A stretch of 64,000 nt of DNA from Actinopolymorphaceae bacterium (GTDB lineage Bacteria; Actinomycetota; Actinomycetes; Propionibacteriales; DAIQRJ01), in contig DAIQRJ010000007.1 in NCBI GenBank assembly GCA_036786375.1, positions 1,206 to 65,205 of the forward strand. Reading direction: 5' to 3'. Numbering within the stretch: position 1 is the stretch's first letter; each line of letters begins with the position of its first letter. This document shows, piece by piece, positions 53,271 through 64,000 of this stretch. The notes beneath the pieces were generated by a model. It searched no databases, had not been told where the DNA came from, and worked only from the letters and a program-made list of their open reading frames with translations. Made by a program: the position numbers and the translations under genes.

Positions 53271-54380
53271 TCAGGCGTCTACGACGACCTCGATGCGCTG
53301 GAACTCCTTGAGGTCGGTGTAACCGGTCGTCGCCATCGCACGCTTCAGGGCGCCGACCAGGTTCATCGTCCCGTCCGCGGATCTCGACGGGCCGAACAGG
53401 ATGTCGTGGGTCGAGCCGATCGGGTCGAGGCTGACCCGCGAACCGCGCGGGAGCTCGGGGTGGTGCGCCTCCATGCCCCAGTGCACGCCACGTCCGGGCG
53501 CTTCCTCGGCCCGGGCGAGCGGCGAACCGAGCATCACCGCGTCGGCCCCGCACGCGATCGCCTTCGTCAGGTCGCCGGAGCGTCCGACCGAGCCGTCGGC
53601 GATGACATGCACGTACCGGCCGCCGGACTCGTCCATGTAGTCGCGCCGGGCCGCGGCGACGTCGGCCACCGCGGACGCCATCGGGACGGCGACACCGAGC
53701 ACCGAGCGGGTGGTGTGGGCGGCCCCGCCGCCGAACCCGACGAGAACACCGGCCGCACCGGTCCGCATCAGGTGCAGCCCGGCCTGATAGGTCGCGGCGC
53801 CGCCGACGATCACGGGGACGTCGAGTTCGTGGATGAAACGCTTGAGATTGAGCGGCTCGGCCTGGCCGGACACGTGCTCGGCGGAGACCGTCGTGCCGCG
53901 GATGACGAACAGGTCGACCCCGGCGTCGACGACAGCCTTCCAGAACTCACGCGTCCGCTGCGGCGACAGCGCGCCGGCGACCGTGACGCCCGCGTCGCGC
54001 ACCTCGGCGAGCCGGGCGGTGATCAGGTCGGCGCGGATCGGCTCGGCGTAGATCTCCTGCATGCGCCCGATGGCACCGTCGTCGGGGAGCTCGGCGATCT
54101 CGGCCAGCAGCGGCTCCGGATCGTCGTACCGGGTCCAGAGACCCTCGAGGTTCAGCACACCCAAGCCACCGAACTTGCCCAGGGCAATAGCCGTTGCCGG
54201 CGACATCACCGAGTCCATCGGGGCCGCGACGATCGGCAGCTCGAACCGGTAGGCGTCGATCTGCCACGCGACCGACACCTCCTCGGGGTCGCGGGTGCGG
54301 CGGGACGGAACGACGGCGATGTCGTCGAAGGAATAGGCGCGCCGGCCGCGTTTGCCCCGGCCGATCTCGATCTCGGTCAC
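53271..54380 (-). CDS. IMP dehydrogenase-family protein lacking a CBS domain (GuaB3-like)
   Basis: 369 aa with YSFDDIAVVPSRRTRDP and IADGSVGRSGD. There is no CBS pair insert. Confidence 0.85.
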   Translation of the reverse strand: MTEIEIGRGKRGRRAYSFDDIAVVPSRRTRDPEEVSVAWQIDAYRFELPIVAAPMDSVMSPATAIALGKFGGLGVLNLEGLWTRYDDPEPLLAEIAELPDDGAIGRMQEIYAEPIRADLITARLAEVRDAGVTVAGALSPQRTREFWKAVVDAGVDLFVIRGTTVSAEHVSGQAEPLNLKRFIHELDVPVIVGGAATYQAGLHLMRTGAAGVLVGFGGGAAHTTRSVLGVAVPMASAVADVAAARRDYMDESGGRYVHVIADGSVGRSGDLTKAIACGADAVMLGSPLARAEEAPGRGVHWGMEAHHPELPRGSRVSLDPIGSTHDILFGPSRSADGTMNLVGALKRAMATTGYTDLKEFQRIEVVVDA

Positions 54381-54581
54381 GCAGGTCAGGCTAGTGGACC
54401 ACCCGCTCAGTCCCCGAACTCGGCGCGAGACCGAGCATGAAGCGGGTGAGCCGGATCCGTTCGACCCAGTAGGCGGTCTGCGCGGCCGACGGCGGTGCGC
54501 CCAGGGTCTCGAGCGGTAACGCGGTGAACATGCTGCGGGCGGCGAGGCTCAGGACGAACCCGGTCCGGACCTCGTCGCGGC

Positions 54582-54947
54582 TTGCGGGGAAGCCCTCGTC
54601 GGCCAGTCCGTGGCAGACCCCCGGGGCCTCGATCGACCTGCGACTCGGATCGGGGACGCCCGCGCGAGGGTGCACGGCTCAGCGACATCACCGACGTCGC
54701 CGGGATGACGAAGCAGGGTCTGGGTCAGTCCATGGACGTCCTGGAGGACCTCGGGTACGTCACGAGCTCACAGAATCCGGCCGACCGGCGGACCCGCATC
54801 ATCGTCTGGACGACGAAGGGCGACGAGGCGGTCGCGGCCACCAACCGCGTCTACGAACTGCTCGAGGAGCGGTGGGCCGCCGACGTCGGTCCCGCACGCT
54901 GGGCGACGTTCCGCTCGGTGCCGGCTGAGCTCGCGCAGGTCGACTGA
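54582..54947 (+). pseudogene. MarR-family winged-helix regulator, probably N-terminally truncated
   Basis: The wHTH reads ARLSDITDVAGMTKQGLGQSMDVLEDLGYVTSSQNPADRRTRIIVWTTKGDE. The 30 residues before it are Arg/Pro-rich and unlike the MarR dimerisation helices. Confidence 0.45.
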
Positions 54948-54968
54948 CCCGGCGCACCGCCGCGCTGT

Positions 54969-57077
<2,109 letters not shown>

Positions 57078-57112
57078 CATCCGGCCGGACGCGCTCGTAC
57101 CGGCGCCCACCT

Positions 57113-57148
57113 CGACCGACCGACCGCCCGACCGCCCGACCGCCCGAC
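57113..57148. repeat. Short tandem repeat (CGAC)2(CGACCGCC)3CGAC in the aldo/keto reductase leader
   Basis: Octamer copies at 57121-57128, 57129-57136 and 57137-57144. The repeat ends 22 nt upstream of ATG 57171. Confidence 0.7.
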
Positions 57149-57170
57149 AAATCCGGACAGGAGACCCAAC

Positions 57171-58175
57171 ATGGACTACACCCGACTCGGCCGCTCCAAC
57201 CTCGTCGTCAGCAAGATCTGCCTCGGCACCATGCATTTCGGCCCGAAGGCCGATGAGTCCGAGTCGCACAGGATCCTCGACCGTGCCCTGGAGATGGGCA
57301 TCAACTTCGTCGATACGGCCAACGTCTACGGCGGCGGCGACCGTCGCGGGCAGTCCGAGGAGATCATCGGGCGCTGGATCGCCGGCCGGCCCGAGGTGCG
57401 CGACCAGATCGTGCTCGCGACCAAGCTGTACGGCGCGATGGGTGATGCCGACGTCCCCAACGTCGGTGCCGGCTTCTCGTCCTACAAGTTCCGGAGCAAC
57501 CTCACCGACTCCCTGCGCCGGCTGCAGACCGACCGGATCGACCTCTACCAGACGCACCACATCGACCGCACCGTGTCGGCCGAGGAGTACTGGGGCACCT
57601 ACGAGCGCGCGATCGCCGACGGCACCGTGCTCTACGCCGGCTCGAGCAACTTCTCCGGGTGGGGCCTGGCCAAGTTCCAGCAGCAGGCGTGGGCCCGCGG
57701 CTCGGTCGGCTTCATCTCCGAGCAGACGCAGTACAACCTGCTGAGCCGCGTTCCCGAGATGGAGGTCCTGCCGTCAGCCGAGGACTTCGGCATCGGGGTC
57801 ATCGTCTACATGCCGCTCGCGGGCGGCCTGCTCACCGGCAAGACCCAGTCCTTCGACGGGTCCCGGACCCGCCAGGTCGAGGCCGAGTACGGCATCAGCC
57901 TGGGCCCGGACAACACCCAGTTCGCCGAGTTCTCCGCGCTCTGCAAGGAGATCGGCGAGTCCGAGCAGGTCGTCTCGATCGCCTGGACGCTCCAGCATCC
58001 CGCCGTCGATTCGGCCATCGTCGGCATCCGCACCGTCGGCCAGCTGGCCGGCCTCGACCGCGCCGCGGCCCTGAGCCTGGACCCGTCGGCGATGGCACGC
58101 CTCGACGAGATCTTCGACATCAACTCCGGCCGCCGGATCAACCCCGGACCATCCCCCGAAGCCCACGCCTGGTAG
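57171..58175 (+). CDS. Aldo/keto reductase
   Basis: 334 aa with GTMHFG, INFVDTANVYGGG and IDLYQTHH. Confidence 0.9.
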   Translation: MDYTRLGRSNLVVSKICLGTMHFGPKADESESHRILDRALEMGINFVDTANVYGGGDRRGQSEEIIGRWIAGRPEVRDQIVLATKLYGAMGDADVPNVGAGFSSYKFRSNLTDSLRRLQTDRIDLYQTHHIDRTVSAEEYWGTYERAIADGTVLYAGSSNFSGWGLAKFQQQAWARGSVGFISEQTQYNLLSRVPEMEVLPSAEDFGIGVIVYMPLAGGLLTGKTQSFDGSRTRQVEAEYGISLGPDNTQFAEFSALCKEIGESEQVVSIAWTLQHPAVDSAIVGIRTVGQLAGLDRAAALSLDPSAMARLDEIFDINSGRRINPGPSPEAHAW

Positions 58176-58207
58176 CGGGATCCTTCGTCGAGGATGCCCG
58201 GCCGACA

Positions 58208-58900
58208 TCAGCCGGGCGACCCGACCAGTGCCGGTAGGTCGGCGAGGTCGTCGATGACGTCCGGGGGCACGAAGGTGTCGGCGTCGGCGCGCAGGTGTTC
58301 CACGGCGTAACCGCTGTTCGCCACCAGGACCGGCCGCATCCCCGCGGCGTGGGCACCGGTGTGCTCGTTGCTGCCGCCGTCGCCGACGAACCAGCACGCG
58401 TCGGGATCGACGCCCAGCGACCGGGCCGCAGTCCGATATCCGATCGGTGCGGGTTTGCGGACTCCGATGTCGAAGGAGAACACCGCCGACTCGATCAGCG
58501 AGGCGAACGGCGTCGACTCCCAGGTCTCGACGAGTTCGCTCGAGCAGTCCGACAGCAGGCCGATCCGGAAGCCGCGCCCGCGAAGCTCGGTGAGGACGTC
58601 GACTGCTGCGGGATGCGGACGCAGGACGGCCGGGTAGGCGGCCAGGTGGTGGCGGAGCGCCGTCTCGCAGGTCGCTGAGTCCACCTCGACGCCGCAGCGT
58701 CCCGCGACCAGACGCAACGTCGAGCGGGTGTCGCCGAGGACACCGGTCGTCCGCTCGGTGAAGCTCTCGCTGATGGCGGCCCAGAACGCGGCCGGGTCGA
58801 CACCAAGCGCCGCGCCGGTCGCTTCGTAGGCGGCCTTGCGACCGACCTCGACGCCGGGATCGGTCAAGGTTCCGAAGAAGTCGAACACCACTGCGCGCAT
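58208..58900 (-). CDS. HAD-family hydrolase
   Basis: Starts MRAVVFDFFGTLTD (DxD-type motif I) and contains WFVGDGGSNEHTGA (motif IV). The ATG is preceded by GAGGA. Confidence 0.8.
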   Translation of the reverse strand: MRAVVFDFFGTLTDPGVEVGRKAAYEATGAALGVDPAAFWAAISESFTERTTGVLGDTRSTLRLVAGRCGVEVDSATCETALRHHLAAYPAVLRPHPAAVDVLTELRGRGFRIGLLSDCSSELVETWESTPFASLIESAVFSFDIGVRKPAPIGYRTAARSLGVDPDACWFVGDGGSNEHTGAHAAGMRPVLVANSGYAVEHLRADADTFVPPDVIDDLADLPALVGSPG

Positions 58901-59022
58901 GTCCTCAGCGTGGCAGATGCTTCGTCGAGAGTGCACAGATGAACCTGCGGAGTCGATACCTGGGTGCATTTGCGAACTCTCGGCGAGGCCGGCGGCCCGA
59001 TGCCCGGCGAGGCACGACATGC

Positions 59023-59068
59023 GGCGAGGGCCCGGCATGCTCCTCTCGGAGCGTGCCGGGCCCTCGCC
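59023..59068 (-). terminator. Strong hairpin downstream of groEL
   Basis: 21-nt arms at 59023-59043 and 59048-59068 are complementary apart from one position. The loop is 4 nt. It lies 23 nt after the groEL stop. Confidence 0.7.
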
Positions 59069-59090
59069 CGTTCAGGACGTGCGGTGGTGA

Positions 59091-60704
<1,614 letters not shown>

Positions 60705-60744
60705 TCAAATCCCTTGTGGGTATCGGTTCTACGACTTCTGCACG

Positions 60745-60787
60745 GTCATGTAGAGGCAGAGCTGGTGATGTAGAGGCAGAGCTTGTG
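60745..60787. repeat. 20-bp tandem direct repeat x2 in the groES-groEL spacer
   Basis: ATGTAGAGGCAGAGCT occurs at 60748-60763 and 60768-60783, each framed by GTS...KGTG. Confidence 0.8.
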
Positions 60788-60811
60788 GCGGTGGAGCCGC
60801 GGGCTCAGACA

Positions 60812-60852
60812 CGTCGTGCCCCGGCGCCCGCGAGGGGATCCGGGGCACGGCG
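60812..60852 (-). other. Hairpin just downstream of groES (candidate attenuator or processing structure)
   Basis: GTGCCCCGG (60816-60824) pairs with CCGGGGCAC (60840-60848). The stem can extend to 13 bp with one wobble. The loop is 15 nt. Confidence 0.55.
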
Positions 60853-60872
60853 CGAACGAGCGTTTCGCTGAC

Positions 60873-61166
60873 TCAGGCGAGAACGGCGAGGATGTCGCGG
60901 GCCGACAGGATGAGGAACTCCTGGCCTGCGTACTTGACCTCGGTTCCGCCGTACTTGCTGTAGATGACCTTGTCGCCGACTTCGACGTCCAAGGGGATGC
61001 GCTGACCGTTGTCATCGACGCGACCCGGACCCACGGCAAGGACTTCGCCCTCCTGGGGCTTCTCCTTCGCGGTGTCCGGGATCACGAGGCCGGATGCAGT
61101 GGTCTGCTCGGCCTCGAGAGTCTTGACGACGATGCGGTCTTCGAGCGGCTTGATGTTGACCGACAC
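60873..61166 (-). CDS. groES: Co-chaperonin GroES
   Basis: 97 aa reading [48 protein letters not shown]. Confidence 0.95.
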   Translation of the reverse strand: MSVNIKPLEDRIVVKTLEAEQTTASGLVIPDTAKEKPQEGEVLAVGPGRVDDNGQRIPLDVEVGDKVIYSKYGGTEVKYAGQEFLILSARDILAVLA

Positions 61167-61386
61167 TTGGCTGACCTCCCCTTCCCGGGAATGTCTCGTT
61201 CACTGGCCCGGCCGGCATGACGCCCACCGGGCACTGACCTGTTCCGACGTGTACTTCCGACGTGTATGGGGTGAACGGCACATCGGTGGCCGGATCTCCG
61301 TCGCGGTGGTGATCCGTCGTGATGCCCCGCTCGTTTCGGCACTCACCGGACACCAGCACAGCGGGGCTCCGGGGAGACCCGACAAG

Positions 61387-61413
61387 CTGGCACCCGAAGG
61401 TCGAGAGTGCCAG
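61387..61413. promoter_or_regulatory. CIRCE-like HrcA operator (promoter-proximal)
   Basis: CTGGCACCC-N9-GAGTGCCAG. The arms are complementary at 8/9 positions, with the spacing of TTAGCACTC-N9-GAGTGCTAA. Confidence 0.6.
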
Positions 61414-61418
61414 GAACG

Positions 61419-61447
61419 AACATAGAACGTGCTTAGCACTCACGCAA
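61419..61447 (-). promoter_or_regulatory. Candidate groES promoter
   Basis: The minus strand reads TTGCGT-N17-TATGTT. The -35 lies inside the distal CIRCE spacer, and the proximal CIRCE lies just downstream of the -10. Confidence 0.45.
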
Positions 61448-61459
61448 CTCGAGTGCCAG
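61433..61459. promoter_or_regulatory. CIRCE HrcA operator (distal)
   Basis: TTAGCACTC-ACGCAACTC-GAGTGCCAG. The left arm matches the consensus exactly. Confidence 0.7.
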
Positions 61460-61519
61460 ATTCCGGTGGCCGGCCGCGGTCGGTCGTACGGACGGACGGG
61501 GATCGGGTGAGATGGGGTC

Positions 61520-62758
61520 GTGGACGCCGCCGACATCACCGACCTCGCCACCCCGGCCGGCGAGCTGTTGCTGGCCGAGGTGACAGAGCAACTGGCGACC
61601 TCGTCGGAGCTCTCGGTGCTCGAGCGGATGGGCGCCCGCGTCGGCGCGGCCCGGGCCTCGGCGGCGGTGGCGCAGGTCAGCCTCCGGGCCAAAGCGGTGG
61701 CCAAGTTCGGGCCGGTGGACGCCGACCGGATGTTCTTCACGGCGACCGGGCTCGAGCAGGCGACTCGGGCACGGGTGGCGACGCATCGGGCAGCCGTCGC
61801 AGCGGATCGTGTCGGTGCCAAGACCCCCCTCACCGACCTCGGATGCGGGCTGGGCGCCGACCTGATCGCGTTCGCCCGCGCCGGCTTCGACGTGATCGGG
61901 GTGGAGTCCGACCCGCTGACCGCGGCGTGCGCGGCCGCGAACCTCCGCTCGCTCGGCCTCGCCGGCCGGGTGGTCGTCGGTGACGCGACGGGGTTCGAGC
62001 GGCCGACCGGTGACGTCGTCTTCTGCGACCCGGCCCGGCGCGACGACCGGGGCCGGGTCTTCGACCTGGCGAAGATGACGCCGCCGTGGCCGTTCGTCCT
62101 GGAGCTGTTGGCCGGCACGGCGTGCGTGAAGGTCGGGCCCGGCATCGCGCACCGCGACGTCCCGTCGATGGCGGCCGGGACCCCGGTCACCGCGGAGTGG
62201 GTCAGCGACGACGCGACCGTGACGGAGGCCTGCCTGCGGTCGGGCCGGCTGGCCGGTCCGGCCGGTGCCGGCCGGACCTTCAGCGCGACCGTGCTGAGGT
62301 CGGCCGACCCGGACGGCTCGACCATCGCCGGCGACCCGGCCGTCCGGGCGTCCGCCGGCGCGCTGGGTAAGTACCTCTACGAGCCGGACGGGGCGGTGAT
62401 CCGGGCGGGCCTGATCGGCACGCTCGCCCCGACGCTGGACGCGCATCTGCTCGACGACCAGATCGCCTACCTGACGTCGCCGGTCCTGACGCGGTCGGTG
62501 TTCGCCCGTCCCTACCGGATCCTCGAGGAGCTCCCGCACCGGACGAAGGCACTCAAGGCCGCCGTCCGGGCCCGTGGGATCGGGACGCTGACGATCAAGA
62601 AACGCGGCGTCGACGTCGACCCGGCGATGCTGCGACGCGAGCTTCTCGGAGCCCGAGGGTACGGCTCGGCCACCGCCACGATCGTCCTCACCCGGCGCGC
62701 CGGCCGCGGCGTGGCCCTGCTCGTCGAGCCCGTCGAGCCGGTCGATGCCGTGGGGTGA
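61520..62758 (+). CDS. Class I SAM-dependent methyltransferase with C-terminal THUMP-like domain
   Basis: 412 aa with motif I LTDLGCGLGADL and FCDPARR. GTG start. The family label is from memory. Confidence 0.7.
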   Translation: MDAADITDLATPAGELLLAEVTEQLATSSELSVLERMGARVGAARASAAVAQVSLRAKAVAKFGPVDADRMFFTATGLEQATRARVATHRAAVAADRVGAKTPLTDLGCGLGADLIAFARAGFDVIGVESDPLTAACAAANLRSLGLAGRVVVGDATGFERPTGDVVFCDPARRDDRGRVFDLAKMTPPWPFVLELLAGTACVKVGPGIAHRDVPSMAAGTPVTAEWVSDDATVTEACLRSGRLAGPAGAGRTFSATVLRSADPDGSTIAGDPAVRASAGALGKYLYEPDGAVIRAGLIGTLAPTLDAHLLDDQIAYLTSPVLTRSVFARPYRILEELPHRTKALKAAVRARGIGTLTIKKRGVDVDPAMLRRELLGARGYGSATATIVLTRRAGRGVALLVEPVEPVDAVG

Positions 62759-62765
62759 GCCCGCG

Positions 62766-63218
62766 TCAGCGGGAGCCGGCAGCCATCACGGGCCGAACCT
62801 CGACGAAGCCGAACTCGACCGGGCACAGCGCCGCCAGTTGTTGCGCCTGCACGTCGTCACGCGCCTCGATCAGGTAGTAGCCGCCCAGCGTCTCGGCCCG
62901 CGCCGGATCGTCGATCAGCACCGGCTCGGCGAGGCGTTCGGTCGACCCGTGCCCGCGGGTGCCCGGCCGCACGAACATCGCCCGCGATCGGGGCGCGAGT
63001 GCCTCGCCCGACACCAGCACCGCTCCGGCGCGTTTGACCGCGAAGACGAAGTCGTCGTGGCGCTGCCAGACACCGTCGAGCTCCTCGCCGGTCAGGCCGG
63101 CGAATCGGGCCTCGTCCTCGTAGATCGCGAACAGGTAGCGCTGCACGACGCCATCCTCCCAGTGCTTGTCAGGTAACTGCCCGATCGCGTCGTCGGACGA
63201 CGACGGGATCGGGCTCAC
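62766..63218 (-). CDS. YciI-family protein
   Basis: Reads [32 protein letters not shown]...[19 protein letters not shown]. The true start may be internal (for example VVQRYLF). Confidence 0.65.
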   Translation of the reverse strand: MSPIPSSSDDAIGQLPDKHWEDGVVQRYLFAIYEDEARFAGLTGEELDGVWQRHDDFVFAVKRAGAVLVSGEALAPRSRAMFVRPGTRGHGSTERLAEPVLIDDPARAETLGGYYLIEARDDVQAQQLAALCPVEFGFVEVRPVMAAGSR

Positions 63219-64000
63219 ACGAGGATCGTCGACACCGGCAGTGCCGAATCAGCCGCCAGCTCCAGCGGCGACGGTGGCTTACCCGCCGCAACCAGCGCCG
63301 AACCCAGCGACGCGGCCATCGCCCCGTTGTCGGTGCACAACCGCGGACGCGGCACCCGGACGGTCACGCCGACCTCGGCGCACCGCTGCTCGGCGAGCGC
63401 GCGGAGCCGGGAGTTGGCCGCGACACCGCCGCCGATGAGGAGGGTGTCCACGCCCGCCGTCACGCACGCGTCGACGGCCTTGCGGGTGAGCACGTCGCAG
63501 ACCGCGTCCTGGAACGACGCGGCCACGTCCGCGACCGGCACCGGGACCCCGGCCCGCTCACGCGCCTCCACCCAGCGAGCCACCGCGGTCTTCAGACCGG
63601 AGAAGGAGAAGTCGTATCGATGCCGCTCGAGGTCGCGCGCCGCGGTCAGTCCGCGGGGGAACGCGATCGCATCGGTTCGGCCCGCCTGCGCAGCCGAGTC
63701 GATCACCGGACCGCCCGGATACCCGAGGCCGAGCAGCCGGGCGACCTTGTCGAACGCCTCGCCGGCGGCGTCGTCCAACGTCGAGCCGAGCGACACGACG
63801 TCGGTCGCGATGGCGTTCACGGCAAGGAGATTCGTGTGCCCGCCCGACACCAGCAAGGCGACGCAGGGTGGGATCGGGCCGTGTTCGAGGAGATCGACGG
63901 CGACGTGCCCGACGAGGTGGTTGATGCCGTAGAGCGGACGATCGAGGGCGAACGCGATCGCCTTCGCGGCGGACACCCCGACCAGCAGCGAGCCGACCAG
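63215..64000 (-). CDS. tsaD: tRNA N6-adenosine threonylcarbamoyltransferase (Gcp/TsaD), with the N-terminus beyond the window edge
   Basis: Contains [23 protein letters not shown] and [11 protein letters not shown]. The frame stays open to position 64000. Confidence 0.9.
   Translation of the reverse strand: MVGSLLVGVSAAKAIAFALDRPLYGINHLVGHVAVDLLEHGPIPPCVALLVSGGHTNLLAVNAIATDVVSLGSTLDDAAGEAFDKVARLLGLGYPGGPVIDSAAQAGRTDAIAFPRGLTAARDLERHRYDFSFSGLKTAVARWVEARERAGVPVPVADVAASFQDAVCDVLTRKAVDACVTAGVDTLLIGGGVAANSRLRALAEQRCAEVGVTVRVPRPRLCTDNGAMAASLGSALVAAGKPPSPLELAADSALPVSTILV

Noticed and set aside
54391-54675. The minus-strand 94-aa ORF between guaB3 and the MarR fragment, as a bona fide gene.
   Set aside because: It overlaps the MarR-like ORF by 94 nt, has no recognisable family or RBS, and only its C-terminal half looks protein-like. 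It is reported as part of a rearrangement scar instead.

Overview
This is a high-G+C Actinomycetota chromosomal segment that is mostly conserved core metabolism, with one decayed accessory island. I saw no rRNA, tRNA or CRISPR array.

Core genes, with order partly resembling what I recall from mycobacteria (perM-sucDC, purNH, guaB/guaB3, groES-groEL1-tsaD):
- deoA'-cdd
- a split acyl-CoA mutase, with the large subunit at 1.3-3.0 kb and the B12-binding small subunit 25 kb away beside sucCD
- trpS
- a galK / FGE-like / GH27 alpha-galactosidase operon
- icd and mdh
- purH and purN
- a PerM-like membrane protein next to sucD and sucC
- pcrA
- a PspC-domain envelope-stress module (LuxR response regulator, PspC-histidine kinase, PspC/LiaF-like protein, small PspC protein)
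- guaA
- an asymmetric heterodimeric ABC exporter
- guaB3 and guaB
- groEL and groES, with two CIRCE operators
- tsaD'

The most unusual stretch is about 43.7-53.2 kb. By eye (not computed) it has lower G+C than its flanks, and it reads as a graveyard of mobile and defence genes:
- a TauD pseudogene with an in-frame amber codon and a 3' truncation
- an orphan hsdS specificity gene that lacks its N-terminus, is frameshifted, and is split by an 880-bp IS5-superfamily element
- that IS has 12-bp inverted repeats, a 3-bp ACC target duplication, and a perfect 281-bp tandem duplication of its 3' end
- a DUF222-HNH gene
- a possible relaxase/helicase remnant
- an enolase-superfamily C-terminal stub

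Embedded in that island is an apparently coherent cassette: a TylF-type methyltransferase, a second class-I methyltransferase, and a fused methyltransferase-like/GT61 (DUF563) glycosyltransferase carrying one frameshift.

A second unexplained structure is a family of 13-nt motifs (GTCGGTTCRGGCC and its complement). They form about 91-nt hairpin-containing units on both sides of a DUF559 gene at 14.7-16.1 kb.

All calls rest on reading the translations and DNA by eye. Start codons are often alternative (GTG) and were chosen by RBS, homology logic and gene overlaps.
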